This document shows, one piece after another, positions 37,047-47,462 of a DNA stretch of 64,000 nucleotides. How positions within the stretch are numbered: position 1 is the stretch's first letter; every line of letters begins with the position of its first letter. The notes under the pieces were generated by a model. That model saw only the letters and a list, made by a program, of their open reading frames with translations. It did no database searches and was not told the origin of the DNA. A program made the translations under genes and the position numbers. Source of the DNA: Clostridia bacterium (GTDB lineage Bacteria > Bacillota > Clostridia > TANB77 > CAG-508); the NCBI GenBank assembly GCA_045643205.1, contig JAZUKI010000010.1, positions 77,482-141,481 on the forward strand, given 5' to 3'.

Positions 37047-38672
37047 TTAATAATATAACATATAATCCATTTCAGGGAATATGCAATCCTTTTCTTCAAT
37101 ACATTTTAATAAATCAAGTTTTTCATCAGATAAAGTATTGTTGTTTCTAAGTTCCGTATCTTCTTTAATCCATAAATACAACTTTGTGAATCTTCCAATA
37201 TGTTCTTTTACACGTTTTTTAGCATAATCAACCATTGTTCCATTTGTAATAATAAATAACCAATCAGAGCTTTGGGCAAGAACTAATTCACGAGCTGCTT
37301 GATTCATAATTCTTCGTTTGATACTATCATTAGTTTCGTTAGGAAACATACTAGCCATTTCACACATTTTATCACCAGCAACATGTAAATGGCGATGAAT
37401 GTAATCATTAGTTGGATTTAACCAAACTTCACTATAACCTTTAGCGCCCCAAGAACTTCTACAAGGAGTAGAAACTTGGATTTCTGGATATTTTTCAATA
37501 TATTCGCCAGGTGTAATTAATTCAAAATTACATTTATCATAATAAATTTTCTTAGCTAAAGTATATAACCAATCAGGACCTTCATACCACCAATGTCCGT
37601 AAAGTTCTGCATCATAAGGGCAAACAATAATTGGAGGATTGTTAGTTTTGCTAGCAAGTTCTTTAATTTGTTTTTGCCTACAATCGAAGAAATGACCAGC
37701 TTGCATATTAATTGTGTCCTGAGCCCATTGTAAATCATAAATATCTTTTTCCTGATTTTTACCTGTGATTCTGTGATACTTGATACCTGTATTAACTCTA
37801 ACACCATTATTACAAATATATGGCTTAATGTAGTCATAAGGAGCATCATAACCAATGTCACGATAAAACTCTCTATAATTTACATCTCCAGGATAACCAT
37901 TAATTGATGACCAAACTTGTCTTGATGATTCTAAATCTCTACCAAATGCAACTAAACCGTTTGGAGAAACAATTGGAGCATAAGTTCCATATAGAGGAGT
38001 AGGGTCAGCATATAGAATACCATGTGTTTCAACTAAAACATATTGTACACCGAACTCTTTTAGATATTTATCTGCTTCAGGAACATATCCACATTCAGGT
38101 AACCAAAAACCTTTTATTGGTTTATCAAAATATTTATTATAAGTTTGTACACCAAGAGCAATTTGAGCTCGGACTGTTTTTTCATTTACATATAAAATAG
38201 GGAAGTAGCCATGAGTGGCACCACAACCAATAATTTCAAGTACTCCCATATTATTAAATTCTTTAAATTTATTGATTAAATTACAATTACATTCTTCAGT
38301 AAAGAAACGTAAATCTTCACTATATCTATCAAAATAGTAATGAGAAAGTTTATTAATTCTTTCATCATATTTTGTTCTTTCAATCTCTTTTTCAGCAAGT
38401 TCAATATGTTGTTTTAAATACTTAATATATCTATCTTGCAAAAGTTTATTATCAAGCATATTTAATAGAGGCGGAGTAAGAGACATAGTAAATCTAAATT
38501 TTACGCCTTCATTAACTAATTTTTGATAAGTTTTAAGTAAAGGTATATAAGTTTCTGATATAGCCTCAAATAGCCATTGTTCTTCTAAGTAATCTTCTGA
38601 TTCTGGATGATGAACAAAAGGTAAATGAGCATGTAGTACAAAACTAATATAACCTTTGTTTTTTTTATTCAT
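37047..38672 (-). CDS. GH57-family glycoside hydrolase, 1,4-alpha-glucan branching-enzyme-like
   Basis: N-terminal GYISFVLHAHLPFVHHPE...EEQWLFEAISETYIPLL, the hallmark opening of GH57 branching enzymes; 541 aa. Confidence 0.75.
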   Translation of the reverse strand: MNKKNKGYISFVLHAHLPFVHHPESEDYLEEQWLFEAISETYIPLLKTYQKLVNEGVKFRFTMSLTPPLLNMLDNKLLQDRYIKYLKQHIELAEKEIERTKYDERINKLSHYYFDRYSEDLRFFTEECNCNLINKFKEFNNMGVLEIIGCGATHGYFPILYVNEKTVRAQIALGVQTYNKYFDKPIKGFWLPECGYVPEADKYLKEFGVQYVLVETHGILYADPTPLYGTYAPIVSPNGLVAFGRDLESSRQVWSSINGYPGDVNYREFYRDIGYDAPYDYIKPYICNNGVRVNTGIKYHRITGKNQEKDIYDLQWAQDTINMQAGHFFDCRQKQIKELASKTNNPPIIVCPYDAELYGHWWYEGPDWLYTLAKKIYYDKCNFELITPGEYIEKYPEIQVSTPCRSSWGAKGYSEVWLNPTNDYIHRHLHVAGDKMCEMASMFPNETNDSIKRRIMNQAARELVLAQSSDWLFIITNGTMVDYAKKRVKEHIGRFTKLYLWIKEDTELRNNNTLSDEKLDLLKCIEEKDCIFPEMDYMLYY

Positions 38673-38729
38673 TTTATAACTCCATACTTTTTAAAATAAA
38701 AAGGCTTTCTATTTCCATAGAAAACCTTA

Positions 38730-39680
38730 CTAAAATGCCTTTAAGGTAGATGTTGGATTTCCAGATGAAGGGTTATTTAGGTCAAATCTATCATCTTGAT
38801 CAGAAAGGTTACAATTTTTATAAATGTCTTTAACTATTGTTGCATCATCTTTTAAATTTATTTCGTGAACTCTAACATTGTTATTAGAAATGTTTTTAAA
38901 GTATAATTTATCATGATTTTTATAGAATAAAACATGATCATTAGGGTTTTCAATTGGGTTAGACCAAGATAAATTAACATAGTCAGTATTTAAATCATTA
39001 AATTTATTTGTAATAGATTGGTGTTCCTTAGGTCTACGTCCTAATTCAACAGTATAAGTACATTTTGAATCATTAACGTGAATATACCAATTGTTTGCAA
39101 AATCATCAATTGTTTCTTCAAATGTGTAATTATCGGTTAAATTGTGGATAACTAATACAGGATAAGTGTCATTAAAGAAATTATCACCATATGTTTGAAG
39201 TAATTGATTTCTATCATAATCGTTCAAATCCCAATAAACAAATAGAGTAGTAGGATTCTGAGCTAATAGTTTTATTATAGTATGATTATATCTATAAGGT
39301 AAATCATAGTATTCAGGAACATCTTTAAAAGGAACTTGAGTTAAATCTTTTTCAACTTTAGAAACTTTTGAAACTTTTTTGACAGTAGTCTTTTTTGCAG
39401 TTGTTTTAGGTGATTTAGTTGTAGACTTAGCAATTGTCTTACTTGCAGATTTTGCACCTGGTTTAGCTGACTTAGATGCAGTCTTTACAACTGGTTTAAC
39501 TGATTTAGCTGCAGTTTTTGCAACTGGTTTAACCGATTTAGTTGCAGTTTTTGCAACTGGTTTAACTGACTTAGTGGTTGACTTAGTTTTAGATTTAGTT
39601 GTTGTTTTTGACTTGGTTTTTGCAGGTTTATCAACAGTTTTAGCACTATCTAATAAATCTATAATCTTAGACCTTGGCAA
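38730..39680 (-). CDS. DUF4912-like protein with an N-terminal Lys/Thr/Ala-rich basic tandem-repeat region
   Basis: Repeats SVKPVAKTA(T/A)K x3-4 at the protein level (27-nt DNA repeats). The C-terminal domain matches the DUF4912 proteins commonly encoded next to GH57 genes (match from memory, not verified). Confidence 0.55.
   Translation of the reverse strand: MPRSKIIDLLDSAKTVDKPAKTKSKTTTKSKTKSTTKSVKPVAKTATKSVKPVAKTAAKSVKPVVKTASKSAKPGAKSASKTIAKSTTKSPKTTAKKTTVKKVSKVSKVEKDLTQVPFKDVPEYYDLPYRYNHTIIKLLAQNPTTLFVYWDLNDYDRNQLLQTYGDNFFNDTYPVLVIHNLTDNYTFEETIDDFANNWYIHVNDSKCTYTVELGRRPKEHQSITNKFNDLNTDYVNLSWSNPIENPNDHVLFYKNHDKLYFKNISNNNVRVHEINLKDDATIVKDIYKNCNLSDQDDRFDLNNPSSGNPTSTLKAF
39350..39635. repeat. 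coding tandem repeats (27-nt units) encoding the basic KPVAKTA-type repeats
   Basis: Direct reading of repeated ...ttttgcaactggtttaac[c/t]ga[t/c]ttag[t/c]tgcag... units. Confidence 0.6.
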
Positions 39681-39863
39681 CTCAATTCCTCCTTTGTAAA
39701 AATAATCATAAATACACTAAATATTTTATAACAACGAATTATTATTTACAATAGAATAATACAAATTACAAATATGTAATATGAAAAAATCTGATTTACT
39801 TTATTAGACTTTAGTGCTATAATTTCTGTGTTTACTAATGATAATTATTGTGGGAGGCATTGA

Positions 39864-41156
39864 ATGAAAATTTTGATGTTAACATGGGAATATCCACCAA
39901 GAGTTGTAGGAGGTATATCTAAAGTAGTTTACGATTTATCTCATAGACTGATTAAAGATGGACATCAAGTAACAGTTATCACATATAGAGATGGTGATAC
40001 TAGCTATTATGAAGACGATGAAGGTATTAATGTTTATCGTGTTGATAATTATATGATTCAACCAAACAATTTTATTGATTGGATTATGCAATTGAATTTT
40101 AATATGGTTGCAAAGGCATCTGAACTTATGAATAAGTTCGGAAAATTTGATGTTATCCATGCACATGATTGGTTAGTTAGTTATGCAGCAAAATCATTAA
40201 AAGAAGCATATGATGTTCCTATGGTTGCTACAATTCATGCAACTGAAAATGGAAGAAACAGTGGAATTCATGATGAAACACAAAGATATATTAATGATTC
40301 AGAATGGCAATTAACATACGAAGCAAGTGAAGTCATAGTAAACAGTAATTATATGAAAAATGAAATTCAAAGAATATTTGGATTACCATATGATAAAATA
40401 AATGTTATTCCTAATGGAATTCAACTAGATAAATTTGATGGAATAGAAAGAGACTACGAACTAAGAAGACAATATGCAATGGATAATGAAAAAATTATCT
40501 TATATGTTGGTAGATTAGTTTATGAAAAAGGTGTTCAAAATTTAATTGCTGCAATGCCTAAAATTCTTGAAAATTATCATGACTCTAAATTAGTTATTTG
40601 TGGTCGTGGTGGAATGATGGATGAGCTTAAACAACAAGCTCACAATTTAGGAATAGATGAAAAAGTATATTTTGTTGGATATTGCGATGCAGCAAAAGTT
40701 CAAAAGATGTATATAAATGCAGATATAGCAGCTTTTCCAAGTACTTATGAACCATTTGGTATTGTTGCACTAGAAGGAATGCTTTCAGGAACACCTGCAG
40801 TTGTTTCAGATGTTGGTGGATTAAATGAAATCGTTGAACATGGCGTAACAGGAATGAAGAGTTATGCAGGAAATAGTAATTCAATTGCAGATTCAATATT
40901 AGCATTGTTATATGATAAAGAATTATGTGATAGAGTTTCAAGCAATGCTATAAAAGTAGTAAAAGAAAAATATAATTGGAATTTGATTGCTCAAGCAACA
41001 TTTAAGACATATGAAAAAGCTATTTCAAAATCAAAATCTAAAGAACTTGAAGCTAAGCTTACTCAAGAAAAAGCAGGAAAGACAAGTAGATTAAAAAATA
41101 CACAAAATGAAATTTCAAGACTTGTTTCATCAAGAAAAAGAAATGCATATATATAG
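39864..41156 (+). CDS. GT4-family glycosyltransferase (glycogen/alpha-glucan-synthase-like), with a K-rich C-terminal tail
   Basis: MKILMLTWEYPPRVVGGISKVVYDLS (GT-B N-terminal signature) and the C-terminal E-x7-E region (FPSTYEPFGIVALEGM). Confidence 0.75.
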   Translation: MKILMLTWEYPPRVVGGISKVVYDLSHRLIKDGHQVTVITYRDGDTSYYEDDEGINVYRVDNYMIQPNNFIDWIMQLNFNMVAKASELMNKFGKFDVIHAHDWLVSYAAKSLKEAYDVPMVATIHATENGRNSGIHDETQRYINDSEWQLTYEASEVIVNSNYMKNEIQRIFGLPYDKINVIPNGIQLDKFDGIERDYELRRQYAMDNEKIILYVGRLVYEKGVQNLIAAMPKILENYHDSKLVICGRGGMMDELKQQAHNLGIDEKVYFVGYCDAAKVQKMYINADIAAFPSTYEPFGIVALEGMLSGTPAVVSDVGGLNEIVEHGVTGMKSYAGNSNSIADSILALLYDKELCDRVSSNAIKVVKEKYNWNLIAQATFKTYEKAISKSKSKELEAKLTQEKAGKTSRLKNTQNEISRLVSSRKRNAYI

Positions 41157-41164
41157 GAGAATAA

Positions 41165-41509
41165 ATGGACGTTTATGATACAGCAAATAAATTATCAGAA
41201 GAAATAAGAAATTCTGAACAATTTATTGCATTAAAAGAAGCAAAAGAAAAATTATTTGCAGATGAAGAAAAGAAAAAAATAATTGAAGAATTCGAACAAC
41301 TTAAACAAGAAGTTCAAATTATGGAAATGAAACAACAAGCACAAGAAGAAGTTGATGAGGAAGATAAAAAACTTAAACTTGCAAAATTGTACAATGTTTT
41401 AATTGAACATGAGGATATCAAAAATTATTTTGATTTAGAAATTGCATTTAATAAATTGATATATGATGTAAATAAGATAATAGGGGATGTAATTAAAGAA
41501 ATAATTTAA
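41165..41509 (+). CDS. YlbF/YmcA-family regulatory protein (UPF0342)
   Basis: 114-aa helical protein. ANKLSEEIRNSEQFIALKEAKEKL....IEEFEQLKQE pattern. Confidence 0.6.
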   Translation: MDVYDTANKLSEEIRNSEQFIALKEAKEKLFADEEKKKIIEEFEQLKQEVQIMEMKQQAQEEVDEEDKKLKLAKLYNVLIEHEDIKNYFDLEIAFNKLIYDVNKIIGDVIKEII

Positions 41510-41564
41510 TTTTAAACTAGTTGATTGATTAGTTAATTAATTTATTAAATTTTATTTAAATATT

Positions 41565-41600
41565 AAAAGACGAGATTTTTTAAATCTCGTCTTTTTATTT
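41565..41600. terminator. bidirectional rho-independent terminator
   Basis: AAAAGACGAGATTT-ttttaa-AAATCTCGTCTTTTT. Confidence 0.75.
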
Positions 41601-41614
41601 TATCTAATTTAATT

Positions 41615-43219
41615 TTATTCAAGTGGTAATGGCGGTACACTATTTGTTGAAGTATTTGTTGAATTAACTTGATTTTGTGTAACTGTATTATTTGGTGTAG
41701 TAGTACTATTTGTTGTAGTTGTATTAAATACATTCATAAGTGAGTTTGCATCGTTACCATCAATATTATTTGTTGTTGTGTTTAATAAAGAATTATCAAC
41801 AGTGTTATTGTCTACAGAATTTGTTAATGTGTTATTTCCATCAATAATAGAATTAGGATCAACAACATTATTTGTATCTACTATTGTATTTGTTAAAGTA
41901 GGAACAGTAGAAGTTTTAGCATGTATACCAACTAAAGTATTTGTTATATCTTCTTCTTCTTCTCTAGTAAATAAAGAACTAGATGTAGAAGAAACCATGA
42001 ATTGGAACATATTCTTATAATCATCAGAAATGATGAAATAATATCTTGTAATGCTGCTTGGTGTTGTCATATCAATTGCATAGTAGTAATCTTGATTACT
42101 TAATGATGTAACTGATTGAGTAAATGATGTTACAGGTTGAGAAGCAACAGCTCCAGTAGCAGTAATTTGTGGTTCAAGTTGAGAATATAATAAACCAACT
42201 AATGATTTTCTATGTTCTTCATTTTTTAAATCAGCATTCATAGATTCAGCTGAAAATACTGTACTATATTGAATTGAAATATCACCATAATTTAATATGT
42301 TTGTTGTTTCATCAACACTAAATAATGATGTATCATATTTTAATGAATAGCCAGTATAGAAGTCATAATCTTCTTCAACTACTTGATTAACAACTGTATT
42401 AGCAACTGTATTATTAGTTGTATTAATTACAATATTATTATTCTTTTGTCCATTCATTAAAACAAGAGCAACAACAACTAAAGCAATAATTATAACGAAC
42501 ATACATGCTAAAATAATTATAGATTTCTTTGAAGATTTCTTTGTTTTTGATTGATCCTTTGATTTTGCTTCTGTTTCAGCAGAAGTATTTGTTTCTGTAA
42601 CTTCTGGTTGTTGATATTCTTCACCAGGAGCAACTTGTTGAACACCATTATTAAATTGAGCATCTGGCCAATTGTTATTGCCGACTGGTTGATTGAAATC
42701 AGTTTGAGGCCATCCAACGTTGTTTGGTTGAACATAAGTTAAAGGTTCTTGATTAAAATCATTATTAAAGTCTTGTTGTGAATTTATATCAAAGTTTTGA
42801 TTTAAATCATTAAAACCATTAACTGGATCAAATGAATTACTTTGATCAAAGTTTGCATTTGGATCAAAAGAAGCATTAGGATCGAAGCTTGCATTTGGAT
42901 CAAAAGAAGCATTAGGATCGAAGTTTGCATTTGGATCAAAAGAAGCATTAGGATCAAAGCTTGCATTTGGATCAAAAGAAGCGTTAGGATCAAAGCTTGC
43001 ATTTGGATCAAAAGAAGCGTTAGGATCGAAGCTTGCATTTGGATCGAAGTTCATATTAGGATCAAAACTTGCATTAGGATCGAAGTTCATATTAGGATCA
43101 AAACTTGCATTAGGATCAAAATTCATGTTAGGATCGAAACTAGCGTTAGGATCAAATCCATTATTATCAGGGCTGTTGAAGCCTTGATTATCATCATTAG
43201 TCATTTCTAGTCTATTCAT
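41615..43219 (-). CDS. hypothetical membrane protein: cytoplasmic N-terminal FDPNAS-type hexapeptide tandem repeats, one TM helix, S/T/N-rich extracytoplasmic C-terminal region
   Basis: 534-aa ORF. About 18 consecutive D-P-N-[AMV]-[SN]-F units. TM helix IIILACMFVIIIALVVVALVLM. Confidence 0.6.
   Translation of the reverse strand: MNRLEMTNDDNQGFNSPDNNGFDPNASFDPNMNFDPNASFDPNMNFDPNASFDPNMNFDPNASFDPNASFDPNASFDPNASFDPNASFDPNASFDPNANFDPNASFDPNASFDPNASFDPNANFDQSNSFDPVNGFNDLNQNFDINSQQDFNNDFNQEPLTYVQPNNVGWPQTDFNQPVGNNNWPDAQFNNGVQQVAPGEEYQQPEVTETNTSAETEAKSKDQSKTKKSSKKSIIILACMFVIIIALVVVALVLMNGQKNNNIVINTTNNTVANTVVNQVVEEDYDFYTGYSLKYDTSLFSVDETTNILNYGDISIQYSTVFSAESMNADLKNEEHRKSLVGLLYSQLEPQITATGAVASQPVTSFTQSVTSLSNQDYYYAIDMTTPSSITRYYFIISDDYKNMFQFMVSSTSSSLFTREEEEDITNTLVGIHAKTSTVPTLTNTIVDTNNVVDPNSIIDGNNTLTNSVDNNTVDNSLLNTTTNNIDGNDANSLMNVFNTTTTNSTTTPNNTVTQNQVNSTNTSTNSVPPLPLE
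42830..43165. repeat. coding tandem repeats (18-nt unit, often in 36-nt doublets) encoding the FDPNAS/FDPNMN repeats
   Basis: Direct reading: gcatttggatcaaaagaagcattaggatcgaagctt-type units repeated about 9 times. Confidence 0.7.
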
Positions 43220-43391
43220 GTTAGACTCCTTTCGTAAAAATAATCACATCAATTATATATTTAAAAATTTAATAATACAACAAAATGAAACATTTTATTT
43301 TAAAAAATATTTAACAAAAAAAACATTTATGATATTATAAATATGAATTTTGCAAGATGTGAATTATCAAGACTTTCAGGAGTTAAAAAAT

Positions 43392-45452
43392 ATGAATGAT
43401 TTAAGTAAAGAAATTCAATATGTAAAAGGTGTTGGACCAGCAAAAGCAAAAGCTTTTAAAACTTTAGGTATATCAACATTAAAAGATTTAGTTACTTATT
43501 ATCCAAGAGGATATGAAGATAGAAGTATTATAAAAAAACTAAATGAAATAAATGATGAAGAAAAAGTTTGCATAGAAGTTAGAGCACTAACTAATTGTAC
43601 TGTAAGAATAATTGGTCGTGGAAGAAGTATAGAAAAACTAATTGTTACAGATGAAACAGACAACATGACAATTACTTGGTTCAATCAACCATATTTATCA
43701 AAACAAATTAAACAAGGAGAAAAATATATATTTTACGGAAAAGTTTCTAAAAAAGGAAATAGTTTAGAAATGAATTCTCCTGTTTTTGATCAGATAGATA
43801 AAGAAAAAAATACCGGAAAAATCATTCCTGTTTATCCATTAAATTATAATATTAGTGCAAATACAATTCGTACTGCAATGAGTAATGGATTAAATTTAGT
43901 TGGAACATTTGAAGAAAATGAACCAGAGTATATTGTTAAAAATTACAACTTAGTAGATTTGAATGAAGCAATGCACGAAATTCATTTTCCATCTGATTTT
44001 GAAAAATTTAAACATGCAAGATATAGATTAGTTTTTGATGAATTAATTGCAATGCAGTTAGGCTTATTAAAACTTAAGGGAGAAGTAAGCGAAGAAATAA
44101 AAGGAATAAAATATAGCAAAGATGTTCACATGTCAGATGTTATAAATGATTTACCTTTTAAATTAACGAGAGCGCAATTAAATGTATTAGAAGAAATAGA
44201 TGATGATATGGAATCAAGCAAGCCGATGAATCGTTTACTTCAAGGAGATGTTGGCTCTGGAAAAACAGTTGTAGCAATGATTGCTGCTTATAAGGCTGTA
44301 ATGAGTGGATATCAAGCAGTTATTCTTGCACCAACTATGATACTAGCTAATCAACATTTTAAAAACTTTACTAACATGCTTTCAAAGTACAATATTAATA
44401 TAGTAAGTTTGGTTGGAGGTATGACTGCAAAAAACAAACGTGAAACTTTGGAAAAAATCAAATCTGGAGAAGCACAAATTATTATTGGAACACATGCTTT
44501 AATAGAAGAGGATGTAATATTTAATAAATTAGGTTTAGTAGTAACTGATGAGCAACATCGTTTTGGTGTAAAACAAAGAAGTGCAATTATTACTAAAGGA
44601 GAAAATCCTGATGTTCTTGTTATGTCAGCAACACCTATTCCAAGAACATTAGCGTTAATTTTATATGGAGATCTAGATGTTTCAATTATAGATGAACTTC
44701 CACCAAATAGAAAAAAAGTTCAAACTATTGCTATTGGAAAAGGAATGGAAGATAGAGCTAATAGTTTTATACGTGAACAAATTGATGAAGGTAGACAAGT
44801 ATATGTTGTATGCCCATTAGTAGAAGAAACAGATAATATAGATAATGTTAATTTAAAATCTGCAACTGAACTTGCTAAAGAATATAAAGAAGGACCTTTT
44901 TCTAAATATAGAGTTGCTTGCTTACATGGCAAGATGAAACCAAAAGAAAAAGATGAAATTATGAATCAATTTAAAAATGGAGAAATTGATATTTTAGTTT
45001 CTACAACAGTTATTGAAGTTGGAGTTGATGTGCCTAATGCTTCTATAATGATGATAGAAAATGCAGAAAGATTTGGACTAGCACAACTTCATCAATTAAG
45101 AGGAAGAGTAGGAAGAGGCGAATATAAATCATATTGCATTTTAAAATACACTTCTCACGGCGAAAATGTAAAAGAGAGAATGAACACAATGGTTAATACT
45201 GATGATGGAATGAAGATTGCAGAAAAAGATTTAGAACTACGTGGAAGCGGAGATTTCTTTGGAACAGCACAACATGGTTTGCCGGAATTTAAAATTGCAA
45301 ATTTATTTGAAGATGTTGAAGAATTAAAAGAAGTACAATCTTTAGCAATAAAAATAATTCAAGAAGATCCAAAACTTGAATTAGAAAAAAATGAAAAGTT
45401 AAAAACTTTAATATATGAAAAATTTACTTCAAAAGAAGAATTAATAATGTAA
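43392..45452 (+). CDS. recG: ATP-dependent DNA helicase RecG
   Basis: Wedge domain; helicase motifs LTRAQLNVLEEI, LLQGDVGSGKTVVA, DEQHRFGV, TATPIPRTL, C-terminal TRG region. Start moved to the ATG at 43392. Confidence 0.9.
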   Translation: MNDLSKEIQYVKGVGPAKAKAFKTLGISTLKDLVTYYPRGYEDRSIIKKLNEINDEEKVCIEVRALTNCTVRIIGRGRSIEKLIVTDETDNMTITWFNQPYLSKQIKQGEKYIFYGKVSKKGNSLEMNSPVFDQIDKEKNTGKIIPVYPLNYNISANTIRTAMSNGLNLVGTFEENEPEYIVKNYNLVDLNEAMHEIHFPSDFEKFKHARYRLVFDELIAMQLGLLKLKGEVSEEIKGIKYSKDVHMSDVINDLPFKLTRAQLNVLEEIDDDMESSKPMNRLLQGDVGSGKTVVAMIAAYKAVMSGYQAVILAPTMILANQHFKNFTNMLSKYNINIVSLVGGMTAKNKRETLEKIKSGEAQIIIGTHALIEEDVIFNKLGLVVTDEQHRFGVKQRSAIITKGENPDVLVMSATPIPRTLALILYGDLDVSIIDELPPNRKKVQTIAIGKGMEDRANSFIREQIDEGRQVYVVCPLVEETDNIDNVNLKSATELAKEYKEGPFSKYRVACLHGKMKPKEKDEIMNQFKNGEIDILVSTTVIEVGVDVPNASIMMIENAERFGLAQLHQLRGRVGRGEYKSYCILKYTSHGENVKERMNTMVNTDDGMKIAEKDLELRGSGDFFGTAQHGLPEFKIANLFEDVEELKEVQSLAIKIIQEDPKLELEKNEKLKTLIYEKFTSKEELIM

Positions 45453-45456
45453 AATA

Positions 45457-45492
45457 AAACCCCTCGAATAAAACGAGGGGTTATTTTATTTG
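45457..45492 (+). terminator. rho-independent terminator after recG
   Basis: AACCCCTCG-aataaaa-CGAGGGGTT followed by a T-rich tail. Confidence 0.75.
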
Positions 45493-45673
45493 ATAGTTAC
45501 AATATACAAGCCTAAAGAATATTTATTTGCAATAAAAAATATAAATAGTTTCTGTTACAAATATTACAAAAAAACAAATAAAAAAATCTTAAAAAAATGT
45601 TGACAAAAACAAACACTTGTGCGAATATATAAGCGAACAAAAGTTTTATATAAAAATAGAAAGAAGGCTTAGT

Positions 45674-47293
45674 ATGATAACAACTTTACACATTCAAAAT
45701 ATAGGAATTATAGATGATTTAAATGTAGAACTAGAAAATGGGTTTAATGTTTTTACAGGTGAAACTGGAGCAGGTAAAACATTAATTATTGATGCAATAA
45801 ACATTATTTCTGGAGGCAGATTTTCAAAAGAAATGATCAGAAAAGGTGCAGACTTTTCATTTGTTGAATTGAATTTATATCTACCTAATAATGAGCTAGC
45901 TATAGAAAATAATATTATAGTAAGCAGAGAAATAAATTTAAATGGTAAAAATCAATGCAAAATAAATGGAAGAATGGTAACTGTTACAGAATTAAAAGAA
46001 TTCATGAATAGCATAATAGATATTCATGGACAAAACGATAATCAGAAAATCCTTAATCCTAAATATCACATTAAGTATTTAGATAATTATGGTGTAGAAA
46101 CAATTAAAACAAATCTAGAAAATTATAAAGAACTATATAAAAAATATGTTGAAATAAAAACAGCATTAAAAGACAACCTTGGAGATGACAAAGAAAGACA
46201 GCGTGAACTTGATTTACTACAATATCAATTTGATGAAATTGATAAGGCAAAATTAAAAAATGATGAAGAAGAAACATTAAAAGAAAAGAGTACATTATTT
46301 CAAAATTCAGAAAAAATAGTTAGCAATTTAAATGAAGTAGTAGAACAAAGTGATAATGCAATTGATATAGTAAACAATGCAATTAAAGCATTAGATAAAA
46401 TTAGCAGTATAGACAAAAAGTATGATGAAAAATTATCAGAATTAAAAAGCATTTATTATGAAATAGATGAATTTTCAAGAGATATTGCAAGCTTAAATGA
46501 GGATGTTTATTTTGATGAAGATGAAAGAAATGAAATAGAAGAAAGATTAGATTTAATTACTTCTCTTAAAAGAAAATATGGAAATAGTATAGAAGAAATA
46601 ATTGAATATAAAGAAAAGATTGAAGCGGATATTGAAAAAATAAATAATTTAGATGAAACCAATAATAAACTTAGAAAAGAATTAAAAGAAATTGAAATTA
46701 AAATGGAAGAATATGGCAATAGATTACATGAAGATAGAATTAGAATCAGCCAAGAATTATGTGAAAAAATAAACAAAGAACTACAAGAATTAGAAATGCC
46801 AAATGCTAAATTTTATATAGAAATTACAGATAATAAATCATTCAATAAGCGTGGAAAAGACAATATCGAATTCTATATATCAACTAACATTGGTGAAGAT
46901 AAAAAAGAATTAGTAAAAACAGCATCAGGTGGCGAAATGTCAAGAATTATGCTAGCAATAAAAACAGTTTTTGCTAATACAGATAATACTCCAATTATGA
47001 TTTTTGATGAAATAGATACTGGAATTAGTGGAAAAGCAGCTAATTCAGTGGGCTCTAAACTAAAATTAATTGGAAAGAATCATCAAGTAATTTGCATTAC
47101 ACATCAACCAAGCATTGCTGCCAAAGGAGACCAAAACTATTATATTAGCAAAGAAACAAAAGATGATAGAACACATACTCTTATTAAGCACTTGAAAGAA
47201 TTAGAAGTATTAAATGAGATAGCAAGAATAGCTTCTGGAACAATCTCAGACATTTCTTTAGCTCATGCAAAAGAACTTAGAAATGCAGTTTAA
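45674..47293 (+). CDS. recN: DNA repair protein RecN
   Basis: N-terminal Walker A FTGETGAGKT, long coiled coil, C-terminal signature and D-loop (SGGEMSRIMLA, IFDEIDTG). Start at the ATG at 45674. Confidence 0.9.
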   Translation: MITTLHIQNIGIIDDLNVELENGFNVFTGETGAGKTLIIDAINIISGGRFSKEMIRKGADFSFVELNLYLPNNELAIENNIIVSREINLNGKNQCKINGRMVTVTELKEFMNSIIDIHGQNDNQKILNPKYHIKYLDNYGVETIKTNLENYKELYKKYVEIKTALKDNLGDDKERQRELDLLQYQFDEIDKAKLKNDEEETLKEKSTLFQNSEKIVSNLNEVVEQSDNAIDIVNNAIKALDKISSIDKKYDEKLSELKSIYYEIDEFSRDIASLNEDVYFDEDERNEIEERLDLITSLKRKYGNSIEEIIEYKEKIEADIEKINNLDETNNKLRKELKEIEIKMEEYGNRLHEDRIRISQELCEKINKELQELEMPNAKFYIEITDNKSFNKRGKDNIEFYISTNIGEDKKELVKTASGGEMSRIMLAIKTVFANTDNTPIMIFDEIDTGISGKAANSVGSKLKLIGKNHQVICITHQPSIAAKGDQNYYISKETKDDRTHTLIKHLKELEVLNEIARIASGTISDISLAHAKELRNAV

Positions 47294-47315
47294 GGAGCAT
47301 TTGTTATAAAACTAA

Positions 47316-47363
47316 AAAGGATGAAAAAAGAACAAAATGTTCAAAATTTTCATCCTTTTTTTT
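47316..47363 (+). terminator. rho-independent terminator after recN
   Basis: AAGGATGAAAA...TTTTCATCCTT followed by T8. Confidence 0.75.
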
Positions 47364-47433
47364 ATGAATAAGTTGATAATAAAAGAATTTTTAAAACAGG
47401 GCATTTTAAAGTACCTTTTTTGTGCTTAAAACC

Positions 47434-47462
47434 TTTACAAAATAATGGTTTTGAAATATAAT
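47434..47462 (+). promoter_or_regulatory. sigma-A-like promoter TTTACA-N17-TATAAT for lysS
   Basis: Direct reading. The annotated ATG at 47461 lies inside the -10 box, so the real start is the ATG at 47515. Confidence 0.5.

Noticed and set aside
39379-39699. Plus-strand ORF (106 aa, repetitive LTDLVAVFATG units) and the ORFs 42802-43210 on both strands
   Set aside because: They are the antisense or alternative-frame readout of coding tandem repeats (the DUF4912-like basic repeats and the FDPNAS repeats). The repeat periodicity creates open frames artifactually.
42830-43165. Possible CRISPR array (regular short repeats), considered also for 55147-55802
   Set aside because: Units are 18-36 nt with no unique spacers between them, and are in frame within long ORFs encoding peptide repeats. 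There are no cas genes nearby. These are coding tandem repeats, not CRISPR.
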